This document shows positions 52,342 through 64,000 of a stretch of 64,000 bases of DNA, piece after piece (the stretch's first letter is position 1; the number at the start of each line of letters is the position of its first letter). Both the position numbers and the translations under genes were made by a program. Under the pieces are notes generated by a model that saw only the letters and a list, made by a program, of their open reading frames with translations, was not told the DNA's origin and ran no database searches. This DNA comes from Octopus vulgaris (lineage: Eukaryota). Where the stretch lies: assembly GCA_951406725.2 (NCBI GenBank), contig OX597818.1, forward strand, positions 92,194,001 to 92,258,000, written 5' to 3'.

Positions 52342-52815
52342 AGGCGTAGGAGTGGCTGTGTGGTAAGTAGCTTGCTTAAGAACCACATGGTTCCGGGTTC
52401 AGTCCCACTGCATGACACCAAGTGTCTTCTACTATAGCCTCGGGCCGACCAAAGCATTGTGAGTGGATTTGGTAGACAGGAACTGAAAGAAGCCCGTCGT
52501 ATATATGTATGTATATATATATATATATATGTATGTATATATATATATATATGTATGTATGTATGTATATATGTATGTATGTGTGTGTATAAGTTTGTGT
52601 GTTTGTGTTTGCCCCCACCCCACCCCCAACATCGCTTGACAACCGATGCTGGTGTGTTTACGTCCCCGTAACTTAGCGGTTCGGTAAATAAGACCGATAG
52701 AATAAGTACTAAGCTTACAAAGAATAAGTCCTGGGGTCGATTTGCTCGACTAAAGGCGATGCTCCAGCATGGCCACAGTCAAATGACTGAAACAAGTAGA
52801 AGAGCAAAAGAGTAA
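52342..52815 (+). mobile_element. SINE family B, full length
   Basis: Head, internal microsatellite and tail all present. Confidence 0.88.
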
Positions 52816-53029
52816 ATAGATGAGGATTTGAGACAAGTGTACGATGTTGTCCTTCAGTCCTTTCAAGCGCATCCACGAATCAGCTGATTTTTCTTAGCTA
52901 CTAGATAGATAAACAACGTTTACTCCACCTCGTAAAAGTGATGATAGAGTGATTCTCATGATGGACTCGGCCGATCGCCGTATTCCTTCTATACGCGACA
53001 ACAGACGTTTGACGTGAATAGTTATAATA

Positions 53030-53436
53030 ATAGTTTCAATTTTTGTCTCAAGGCCAGCAAGTACGGTGAAGCAGGTAAGTCGATTACATCAACACCAGTG
53101 TTTAATTGACACTTATTTTATCGACCCCGAAAGGATGAAAAGTAAAATCGACCTCACAACGTGGCGACGGACGAAATGCCGCTGATCAGTTCATCCGGTG
53201 AGCTAGCTCACCGCTTCAATAATCCTTTCTACTATGGGCACAAGAGCTGAAATTTGGTGGGAGGTCACTAGTCGATTACGTCGACCCCAGTGCGTAAGTG
53301 GTATTTGTTTCATCGACCCCGAAAGGATGAAAGGTAAAGTCGACCTTGGCAGAATTTGAGCTCAGAACATAACGACGGACGAAATGCCATTGAGCATTTT
53401 ACCAGGCGTGCTAACGATTCTACCAGCTCGCCGCCT
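53030..53436 (-). mobile_element. Two SINE family C copies
   Basis: CCCCGAAAGGATGAAA core occurs twice. Confidence 0.75.
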
Positions 53437-53906
53437 TTGTTTTGTCTTGGTATAAAAGATGGGCTACAGCAAATACTCTACACAACACCACAAATTTGCT
53501 TGTCAGTTGTTTGACCTTAACCAGTTGACAATGTCTCTTAGTGGCTGGTAATATGTGTATCTCTGACCACGAGCAGAACTGGGGGTGCATTATAGCCATG
53601 TGTTGAGAGAAATTCTTTGGGATTTGGGTAATTCACCTCTGGGTATTTCGTTTAGCATCCTTAAACAACCATTATTCAGGGACCTTTTGAGTGGGACGGG
53701 CTAATCGGCCTGAAAAAAATTCTAACTGGATCCCTCCTGCAGGGTCATGTGCTGTGTATCTCGATACAAAATCACCATGTCGCGCACATATGGTGATGCA
53801 TGTACCTGGTGTACCCTTATCAGACGGGCAGTCATGATGGGTATGCTAGGCTTCGTATATTTTACCTGCGTGTTACTTTCATGGCATGCACTGCTCACTC
53901 ACTCAA
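53437..53906. mobile_element. Left-truncated, more diverged copy of the ~560-bp element
   Basis: TTGTTTTGTCTTGGTATAAAAGATGGGCTACAGC...CTCACTCAA. Confidence 0.8.
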
Positions 53907-54009
53907 TATGAATAATGAGACACATATAGCTAAGAAACAAAGTTCCTGCTACACAGACAAAACTGTGTCTAACAACAGAACTTATTGAAAAAAATATAAG
54001 AGGTAAGTA

Positions 54010-54521
54010 CTGTAAATCCTCGAGTATAGTTTGCCATTGAGTATAATACGCATGGGATTTTTAGGGGGCTGTACCTCTGAAAAACCTAAACCTTGTGTAT
54101 AATACGCACCCCTTGTCTAACTTGAGTCAAGGAGGTCTGTATAACGTCTTTAGTTTGTAAAAATGTATACGATAACGTCCTTTATTATTATTGTATATAT
54201 AACCTAATGCAAACGTGTAGCTTTTTTGTGCATTTTGTTTGCAGAAAATAAAGAAATAACAGTAATAACGTTTAATAAATGTTGCTTACTGCAAGTTATG
54301 AATGATTCTTTTATGACATCATTGCTTTCAAGCTTAGGTTAAGGTATTTTCGCGCCCGACATCACAAAATGCATCTGAATAAACATTGCCGGACAGCAAA
54401 TAGAGACTCGGACATTGCCTAGAAAATAATTTTTATTTTTAACCTAGTATATAGTACGCACTAGGGATTTTGGCCTTTAAATTTTGGGGAAAAAATGCGG
54501 ATTATACTCGAGGATTTACGG
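54010..54521. mobile_element. Pogo/Tigger-type MITE
   Basis: TIRs CTGTAAATCCTCGAGTATA / TATACTCGAGGATTTACGG with TA on both sides. Confidence 0.85.
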
Positions 54522-55233
54522 TATGTAACCAACTTCCGAAAAATTCTAATTCATAATTAATATTAATTTGCATTTTATGTATATTTCATTTAGCGTAACA
54601 ACAAGCAACTAATAAACGTTTCTTTGAGATCTTGTTAAATTTCTTTCCGATTTTTAAACAGAATATTTTTTAAAAGCGTAGTTTAGTTGTAATTTAAATT
54701 TATAGTTTTAACAACACCCAACTCGATTTCGGTGAGAAATAATGTTTTACCTCGTTTTTCTTTTTTTTTTTTTTTTGTGCTATCAACTAATCTCATCTTC
54801 TAATATACTGCCAAGACTTTCTTCCACTGAAATCAGTGTGGGGTGGGCCCTCGGAATCCTCCACTCACCTCGTTTTTTTTTTTGTTTCGTGTTTTTTTTT
54901 TTTTTTTTCGTGTGCTATCAACTAATCTCGGCTTCCAGTATACTGCACGTGAAGTTGACAACACCATTCATTCTCGAAAGAGAAATGCAACCGAGACGGA
55001 AAACGGGACGTTGTTTTGGTGATAACGAGAAGCTGGAGGAGCCATGATGTGTAATACCACCACACATTCGTGGGTTAACGAATGAGTGTAGGTGAGATGA
55101 AACAGCGACAGACAGTTGTTTAAACAGATATCTCGTAGACGTTTGGTGATACAATCTGCTAACATATGGTCGATTTGCTCAATATAGAAGAGAGCCCTTC
55201 ATTTTCAACTCTCTCTCTATCTCTCTCTTTCTT

Positions 55234-55275
<42 letters not shown>

Positions 55276-55392
55276 ATTTTCTATTTTTCGTTTCCTTCCT
55301 CCTTTCTCATGTGTCTACATTTCTTTATCTCTCTTTCAAGCTTTATGTTTCATGTATTCTTTCTAATTATCAAACTTATGTATTTGTTGCAG

Positions 55393-55625
55393 AAATAGGA
55401 GCTGGCCTGGTTGTTGCTGTAATCCTGGGAGTCTGTTGCTTCGTCTTAGTTGCTATCTTCATAGTCTGCCTCATGCGTCGGCGTCAACTACAATCTATAA
55501 GTTACAAAAGGTTCACAGATATCACGGCTCAGCCGAGCATTGTACCACCAGAATCTCATTTCCCTACTATTGCAGCACATGCTCTCAGACAAGAAGACCC
55601 AGCAAGAACGAATGACCTTTTATAA
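55393..55625 (+). CDS. Alternative terminal exon T3 (transmembrane plus cytoplasmic tail): IGAGLVVAVILGVCCFVLVAIFIVCLMRRRQLQSISYKRFTDITAQPSIVPPESHFPTIAAHALRQEDPARTNDLL-stop
   Basis: TATTTGTTGCAG acceptor in phase 1; clear TM followed by RRR; YKRF motif. Confidence 0.82.
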
Positions 55626-56714
55626 GAAAAAAAATATACAAAAGGGAAACGAAAAAGAAAGCAGGAACAAGATATCAAAATAAAAGACAATAATAACAAT
55701 AATAATATTAACAATAATAATAATAATAAGATTGATTTTTTACATATTGATAATAACATAACTTTGATATTAACAACATCATCACATTTATCTTTGTGCA
55801 TTGGGATAGCTTTTTATTTTTTGTGTATGCATGTGGAGGTTTATACGACTACGTGTATGTTTTCTAATTAGGTACGTGTGAGTGGTGTGTATCCCTGAAT
55901 GAGTGCCTCTGTGTTAGCGCTAATATATGAGAATATGCTTTTTATGTGGAGATCAACAAGAATGGATGCTTAAACGTTAATATCTAAGATGTGATGGATG
56001 AATGATATGGTTATATGATAAGGTTATATCAATTGGAAAATGGGTACATTCCCATTGAAGTTTTTATATGCCAATGAGTTATTGCGGGATTCCTAAATTT
56101 ATCCGTTTACCATAACACACACACACACACTATCACCGCCACCACCACCAATACATAAGCATATATGTACATTAGATTAAGCGCGTGGTATAGGTAATGC
56201 TTACATTATAGATTTACTTCTTTTGCATAATCTTAATCAATCTATATACCAACCTACATACATACATACATACATACATACATACATACATACATACATA
56301 CTTACATACAACGCAGGGATGCTGTAGAACAGCAGAAATGTTGGGTAAATTACCCTTACAAAGCGGAAAAGGTTGTCAGCAAATCTTTGCTTATATTTAG
56401 ATACACGTCATTGTACATTTAGCTTTATAGCGTCTAAAACTTCGGATTAATTCGGGCAGTTTAGCTTAATGGTAAAACACTTGGCCGGAGTCTTTAATGG
56501 ATGTGGATTCATGACCCATAGCTGTTTGTTGATAAACTTTTCCGCTTCGTAAGGGTAATTTTTCTAATATTTCTGCTGTTCTAACGGCGTTTCTGCGTTC
56601 GAAAATAAATTATCATCTTATTTGTATTGTACAATATACATTTCGATGCTTACTAATTTGGTAATGTTATATATATATATATATATATATATAAATATAT
56701 ATATGTATATACAT

Positions 56715-56806
<92 letters not shown>

Positions 56807-59044
56807 TATATATATATATATATATGTTTCAAAAATTTAACAAAAACACAACAAACTAAAATTTCACAAGAATATAAACAAAAAACCTCGTAGCTAATTC
56901 CTCATCAGTCAACGTCCAAACGATCATTACAATTTCACGCCTTTGACGTTAATATTGTTCACTTTTGGAGGAGCCAGTAGCAAAAAACTCACTGGAAATA
57001 GCTCATGAACATACAGGACAATGCCAAAAACAAACACGGCTAAATAAAATATACAATATACATATACAACAAAAAAGTTGTGCGGCCGCAAGACAGACAA
57101 ATGTGTGTGCGTGTGTGTGTGTATTCAATCTCACATTTATTTGAGTCAATATTATAACAGTAAATATGATGACTTACTTTCTGTGACAGGAAGAGTCCTA
57201 AATTAACAGCCCTACTGGACTCTTAAATATCAGTATTATGGTGACATTTGGTATTATGCGTGTTTGTCCTAATATGAGAGGGTATTAGTGGCGGAAAAAT
57301 GAAACAGAGAGAGGGGGGGAATAGAAAATCTTATGTGCCGCCTAAGACACTGGGAACATCATTGATTATTACTTCAAACTAATGTCTCCAAGATTCAAAC
57401 TCAGTTCTACAAGGTAACAGAGCAGTCAATTCTTATAGTCCTCTTGCTCCTTAATCTCATGATCTCCACCACCTAACTGATCTTAGTCACAGCTATGGAA
57501 TATACACTGCATGACTGCCTGGTACGCTGCTATGTTACCAATTTAAACATTTACGAATTCACACCAGGTAAGATGTTGCTGATATCTACATACAAACTAG
57601 TTTTAGGTTACACGCGATGAAATTAGTTTACAAACAAACATAAATCAGTTTGCCTATGTGTAAGCTAATCTGCTTTTATTCCTGTATCTCGGTATCATGA
57701 AATTTCATGCAGATATGCACATCTCAAACCATAAGTTTGAATATCTTCAATGAATTCGGAAAATACGGGTTGTTTGTTTCCAAGCAGTATTTATTGGCTA
57801 TAACTGTATGCATGCATATATATGAATTTTCATTATGTTTGTAAAATATGAGTATTTGTGTGTAAGTATGTATGACGGTCTGTATTTGTGTGTGCAGAGT
57901 ATTCCATTGATAAATTTCAGATTCAGTTTTTAAGATCCATTCTTTGTGTCTTTATTTCTGTGGATTGCCTTTGAGGCAAATAAAGAAGCCATCATTTGTT
58001 ATGGACAGTTTTAAGTGCGAGATGGATTGGGTAAAAATAAGGACTTGACGCGCTAGAATAACCTCCATACGCTTATTCCGCCTTGTCACTGTTCTAAGAT
58101 AAACTTTTCACATCTAAACCTAGTAAAAAAATAACTTTACTCCAGTTGGACTACCACTCATAAATTTCATGATCAAATAACTGAAACTAAAGTCGCTATT
58201 ATGTACAGTTCAAATATTTCTAGAAGCCTTTGAGGGTTAATTATTCGGTTTGAGCTACTAACGTAATATCTCATACGCCGAGGGGTAATATGCTAAAATA
58301 ATAACCTCAACTTTACGAATAAGCAACAAGACAGATTGGTTTAACGTTGAATCAGGTTAATGGCACTAAGCTGAGAATTTCCCAGTTTAAAGAATTTTAA
58401 AAAAGAGAAGCGCATTTTAACGTGGTGTTTTTTTTCCATTGGTTTTCTCCTTCTTTAAGTACTTGCGAAGGTTTATAAAATTTTTCTAAAATGATTATTT
58501 CAAAAACTATTTTATGAATACGTATATTTATAGCATTTTAAAAATTGAAGTAAATTTGTAAGCAGCCAAAGCAATAAAATTGATATACTTAGGAAAGAAA
58601 CCGTTATCCAAGAAAAAGAATGTGATCAAATATGTTGAGAATCTGTTAAAAAACAAATAATTACAGCATTTTCGAAGTGTGACAATTCTTTTCTTTTCCC
58701 AACACATAAATTCATACCGTTTTAAACATTATTTAATAGATTTTCTTCAACGTAGAGCATCATTACTTTTCTAGAACTTTCAAGTTTGGCTTCTCTTTGA
58801 ATTGTTTCAGTCACTGGAATGTGTTCATGCTGAGGTAGTGCTATGAAGAATTTAGCCGAACAAATCAACTCCAGTAATTATTTTTAAAGTCCAAGATTTA
58901 TTCCATCGGCCTCTTGGAACCGCTAACGGAACAAACCAACACCGGTTATCAATCGGTGGCGGTGGTGGTGGTGGTGGTGGTTGTGGGATAAGCACAAGCA
59001 CAAACACACAAATACAATATATACATCTATCTGTCTATATATAT

Positions 59045-59438
59045 ACTCTTTTACACTTTTACTTGTTTCAGTCATTTGACTGCGGCCATGCTGGAGCAGC
59101 GCCTTTAGTTGAGCAACTCGACCCCGGGACTTATTCTTTGTAAGCCCAGTACTTATTCTATCGGTCTCTTTTTGCCGAACCGCTAAGTGACGGGGACATA
59201 AACACACCAGCATTGGTTGTCAAGCAATGCTAGGGGGACAGACACACAAACATACATGCACACATATATATATATACATACATACATATATAAGACGGGC
59301 TTCTTTCAGTTTCCGTCTACCAATTCTACTCACAAGGCTATAGTAGAAGACACTTGCCCAAGGTGCCACGCAGTGGGACTGAACCCGGAACCATGTGGTT
59401 GGTAGGCAAGCTACTTACCACACAGCCACTCCTGCACC
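59045..59438 (-). mobile_element. SINE family B, full length
   Basis: Reverse complement of the 52342 copy. Confidence 0.88.
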
Positions 59439-59537
<99 letters not shown>

Positions 59538-59642
59538 CTAGCAATACGCGCATATATATATATATACATTAGCGTCGTATTTTTACGTTCGCTATTTCCA
59601 GTAAATATCGGTACTTAGTTGTGCCATTTATTTACTAATTTT

Positions 59643-59696
<54 letters not shown>

Positions 59697-60981
59697 CGAG
59701 GTAGTACGAAGAATTTTCCGGATTAGTCATGTTTAATAAAAAATAACTTATTTACCTAAGTTTTAACATATCCTTCGAAATAGTCAGCTTGCTCAGCAAT
59801 ACACCGCTCTCAGCGTTTCTAGCACTTTTGGAATCCGGCCTAAAAGGCGTTTTGCGCCAGTAAATCGACAACTTTCAGCGATTCGTTCTGGATCTCGACA
59901 ACGGTGTTACATCAGCTACCTTTGAGCCGCCATTTTATCTTGGGGAAGAGATGGAAGTCCGCAAGTGGTAAATCTGGCCAACAGGGCTGGTGTCGAAGCG
60001 ATAACATGTTGTTTGGAGCGAGTAACTCAGGAGTGAGGAGAACTCGGTGATATGGTGCATTATCGACGTTAAAAATCCGACTCTTCGTGCTCCACAGATC
60101 CTCTTTCAGACGTTTCAAACATGACAGTAGAATTCTCGATTGACGATATGGCCCTGGAGGACTAATTCTTGATGCACAATACTGCAGCTGTGGAAAAACA
60201 TGATAAGCATGCCCTTGATTGAGCTGAGGATTTGTCGTGCCTTATTCAGTCAAAGAGATGAAAGGTTCTTCCATTGTGACGACTGCTGCTTCGTCTCAGG
60301 GTCGTTCCCGTAGACCCAACTCTCGTCACCTATGATGATCCTCGATATGAAGAATGGGTCATCAGCTTTACGCTGACGGATATCTTGGTATATATGGACA
60401 CGATGTTCTTTCTGCTCAGTGGTCAGCAGGCGGGGAACAAATTTGACAGAGACACATGGCATGTTCTGTTCAGCCGTTAGGATTGCCTGTATGGACCTAT
60501 ACGACAGACCATGAACATCAGCAACGTCGTTGATTGTCCTTCGACGATCTTCATGCAGAAGCTGGTAAATTTTCTCCCCATTTCCGGGGGGACGCTCGTG
60601 GCAGGTCTTCGAAATTCATCATTGTCTTCCAGGGACATTCTTCCGCTTTTGAAGCGCACGTGTCATTCCAAACATTGCATACGATCCATTGCCTTGATGG
60701 TGTAATCTTGCCGATGCATGCTCAGTGTCTCAGTAGCAGACTTCCCAAGTTTAACGAAAAATTTCTCGTTGGCTCTTTGTTCCAACTTCCTCTCCAGGAC
60801 AAAATCACAAACTACAGCATACACGTGATCATAAAAACAAAAATTTCACAAGTGAAAACAACGATGTTACTCAGCATACTGCCTTGTGACGGTCACTGCT
60901 AGCTCCTACCGTGCACACAAACGTGTGCTGACATCTTTGGCGCACTACAGAAGTAGTTCGAGAATTTTTTGATACCACCTC

Positions 60982-60982
<1 letters not shown>
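59697..60982 (-). mobile_element. Full-length decayed mariner transposon
   Basis: Imperfect TIRs CGAGGTAGTACGAAGAATTTTCCGG / CGAGAATTTTTTGATACCACCTCA within (TA)n; motifs FFVKLGKSATET, KFVPRLLT, IIIGDESWVYGNDPETKQQSSQW, DNAPYH, PDLPLADFHLFPK. Confidence 0.9.
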
Positions 60983-61014
<32 letters not shown>

Positions 61015-61679
61015 TAAGTGTCTTTGTGTGTGTGTATTTATATATGCATGTTTATGTGTGTATATCTATCTACATACATACATACATACATACATACATA
61101 CATACATACATACATACATACATACATACATACATACATACATACACAGTTTCTATCTATCAAATTTATTCACAAGGCATTTAATGACCTGAGTCTTGAG
61201 TAGAAGACACTTGGTGACGTTTCCATGCAGTGGGACTGGACCCAAAACCACATGATTCCAAAGCGAATTTTGTTTTGTTTTGTTTTGTTTTATCAAGCCA
61301 CATGAAGATCCCATACATTATGGGATCATATATGTGAATATCATAAGTTCTTGCATTTTAAGCAAAAGATGAAACATTGCATTATCTTATGCTTGTTTTT
61401 ACCTAAAAGAACTGGGGTTGCGTCTTATACACACGGAGTACAGTTTAAATGTCTAAGGGGAAAATGTGGACTAAGATTTAGTAGAGCCATTTATGCACGA
61501 ATGTGGTATATAGGAGTAAATACAGCTATTGATCACAGAATATTCATGTCACCTCTTGCAAATAAAACTTTCTAGTTACATATAGTAACCATAGTCTAAG
61601 AGATTTTATATTACATAACATATTTGGCACAAATAATTACCTTATGTTCTCTGAAGATGGAGTTACAAGATGAGCTAAA

Positions 61680-62700
61680 TAACTGTCGATTAGAAAAGTT
61701 GGGTTATCAGAAATGCGGTTATATAAGAGGAATTTGGTTACAAACTGACTGGATCAAATGAAAGCCTTCAATTCTGTTCCCCATTCGTGGATGCAAGAGT
61801 CCCTTCGACTTGTGAAAGTTCCGGATACTTTCATTAAGGCCATAGACAACTTGATTTTGTCCTGGACAACGTTTCTGAGGTTACATGTGGGATATGGTTC
61901 CTTTGTCATTGATTGGCTACACTATCGTAGGAACATATAGCAGAGCAACAGTCATTTTGAAATACTGTTTTATGCTTCCATTAAATACCTTTCCTTTGCT
62001 ATGAGGAAATCTGAAGGAGAAAAGATTGGCCCACAGGAAGGTAGAAACACCAGCGCATTTGTAAACGGTCTGGAAATATATGCAAATAATATAGATATGG
62101 GTGAAAGCGCAATGACCCATTGGTTAGGGCAGCGGAACGCGGTCGGAGGATTGCGGTTTCGATTCCCAGACCGAGCGTTGTGTGCGTTTATTGAGCGAAA
62201 ACGCCTAAAGCTCCACGAGGATCTGGCAAGGGGTGGTGGCGAACCCTGCTGTACCCTTTCGCTCCAACTTTCTCTAACTCTTTCTTCCTGTTTCTTGAGT
62301 AACGCTGCAATGGACTGGCGTCCCGTCCAGCTGGGGGGAACACATACGCCATAGAAACCGGGAAACTGAGCCCATTAACCTGGCTAAGCTTGGAAAGGGC
62401 GGAACAATATGGATATGAAGGAAAGACTTGACCTAGTTATGATATTTTTAAACAATGTAGGAATGGACTTTGACCAGGATAAATATTATATGTCTGTAAA
62501 CAGGTGATATACGAGAACATTTAGTAACGTTTCTCTATGTGGTCTCAGCATTTCTCCGATTTTGAAAGCGAAGTGCCACAAATAGTCGTGGATGCATGAA
62601 AATACTCCCTATGATGGGATCTCTAACAAGGATCTTATAACTAGGGAATAGAATACCGACAAGCAAAAATAGAGCCCTTAGAACTTTCCGTTAATAATGA
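61680..62700 (+). pseudogene. Old R4/Dong-like RT fragment interrupted by a SINE
   Basis: KAFNSVPHSWMQESLRLVKVP...IDNLILSWTT and NVGMDFDQDK resemble R4-clade RT (KAFDSVPH.W; DIGM.FG.DKC). Confidence 0.6.
62100..62406 (+). mobile_element. SINE family A
   Basis: Matches the 21666 copy. Confidence 0.8.
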
Positions 62701-62794
62701 TTTAACAGCTGATAATGCGTTTACTGTACCAGTACCCATACAAAAATTCGAGCTGCTTGACATCAAAATCGTTGTCATCAGTTCTTTTCTTTTG

Positions 62795-63083
62795 CACCCT
62801 TTTCAAGCCTAGCAGGCTCATGGGCCCAATTTCCTGGCGTATGTGTTCCCCCCTGCTGGACATGACGCCAGTCTATCGCAGCGTTACTCAAGAAACAGGA
62901 AGAATGAGTGAGAGAAAGTTGGGGCCAAAGACTACAACAGGGTCACCACCACCCCCCTGCCGGAGCCTCGTGGACCTTTAGGTGTTTTCGATCAATAGAC
63001 ACACACAAGGCCCGGTCTGGGAATCGAAACCGTGATCCTCCGACCGCGAGTCCGCTGCCCTAACCACTGGGCTATTGCGCCTC
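62795..63083 (-). mobile_element. SINE family A
   Basis: Reverse complement of the 21666 copy. Confidence 0.8.
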
Positions 63084-64000
63084 TGTTGTCAACAGTGTCT
63101 CTATGTAAAATGAAAATAGATTCAAACAGCCATTGAATATTGCATTATATTCTTTCGATACCAAATCGCTGAAGCACCAAACGTCGAAATCAAACCATGA
63201 ATTACGTGTACACATAGAAAGCCGATAAAATCATTAAGTAGGGAAGGAGTTTCTCAGACAGTAATCCCTGATCAATTTCCAGTGGCATGTTTCCAGAGAT
63301 ACTATACAACTCTACCGCAACAGATCACCAGAAACGAAGCTGTATACAAACCAGCAAAAGTTCATACATAGCTATATTTCCGAAAATTTCAAAGCGGCAG
63401 CTCCGTTGGTAACCAGTGTAATCTATTCTGGACTAACAACAGGGATATTAGCTCTTACTTTGATGAGTAAGCTTTTGCAATATAGAACTAGGAAATAATA
63501 GCGAATTGCCTGATGACCCAAATGGTAAGGGATTAAGACAAACTATTTAGATACGAGGACCGTAGATTTAATACTAATCATGCCATCTGCATCATAAAAT
63601 CTGTCCGATAATGTCATCACGATGTGATGTCATGGTTAAAATATTATATAACGAAGTCGAAAGAAAGAGCAATTTTCTGGCTTTTAATATAAGAAACTAA
63701 AGTAATGCTAGAATACTGGTAAAATGTTCCTGCCAAAACTTCGAAAACATGGAAGTATAACAGACTAGGCATAATGATCTGGAAACAGGGGTCGGGGTGG
63801 AATTATTCCTTGTAGTTGACTAGAAGATACTAATATTTAAGATGAATGAGAAAGAAAACATCTGTGTCGAACTGATGAAAAATCAATGGTTATTGAATTA
63901 GTGGTAATTCATTGACGACTATAACTTTAGACTGCTACTTATAAATATAGGTACACTTAGCTACATGACTAAACTGACTCAACAGCAGACTTAAGAACCT

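Noticed and set aside
54749-54946. ~60-bp local duplication around poly-T tracts
   Set aside because: An ordinary slippage-type duplication with no further structure.
63505-63545. CTGATGA-CCC..GGG after a decayed PLE-like region; similar partial cores near 29075 and 56900
   Set aside because: The GAAA half of the core is missing.

Overview
This is AT-rich, microsatellite-dense animal DNA. I infer it is cephalopod (Octopus-like) from the tRNA-derived SINE families and the repeat landscape. One host gene can be assembled on the + strand from four phase-compatible exons (32837-32969, 39229-39359, 42599-42740, 43355-43488), which encode a 12-cysteine helical ectodomain. These exons can splice in frame to three alternative terminal exons: TM+YQKF tail (49540), GPI-signal-like tail (52147) and TM+YKRF tail (55393). 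The rest is a mosaic of mobile DNA: (TAA)n-associated R4/Dong-like RLE LINEs, a ~560-bp (TAA)n-flanked non-coding element in 4 copies, RTE, CR1 and Tx1/L1 LINE fragments, Penelope-like (PLE) remnants, Tigger/pogo, mariner and hAT transposons or MITEs, Helitrons, about 30 SINE copies, and a full-length 5S rRNA copy abutting a SINE. The most unusual signal is a set of at least six distinct type-I hammerhead ribozyme loci read directly from the sequence. They sit in small microsatellite-flanked elements, several inside inverted repeats, and include a perfect 132-bp palindrome encoding a hammerhead on both strands and a U3-A8 compensatory core variant in an intron of the host gene. All calls are by-eye pattern reading; no searches or folding were run.
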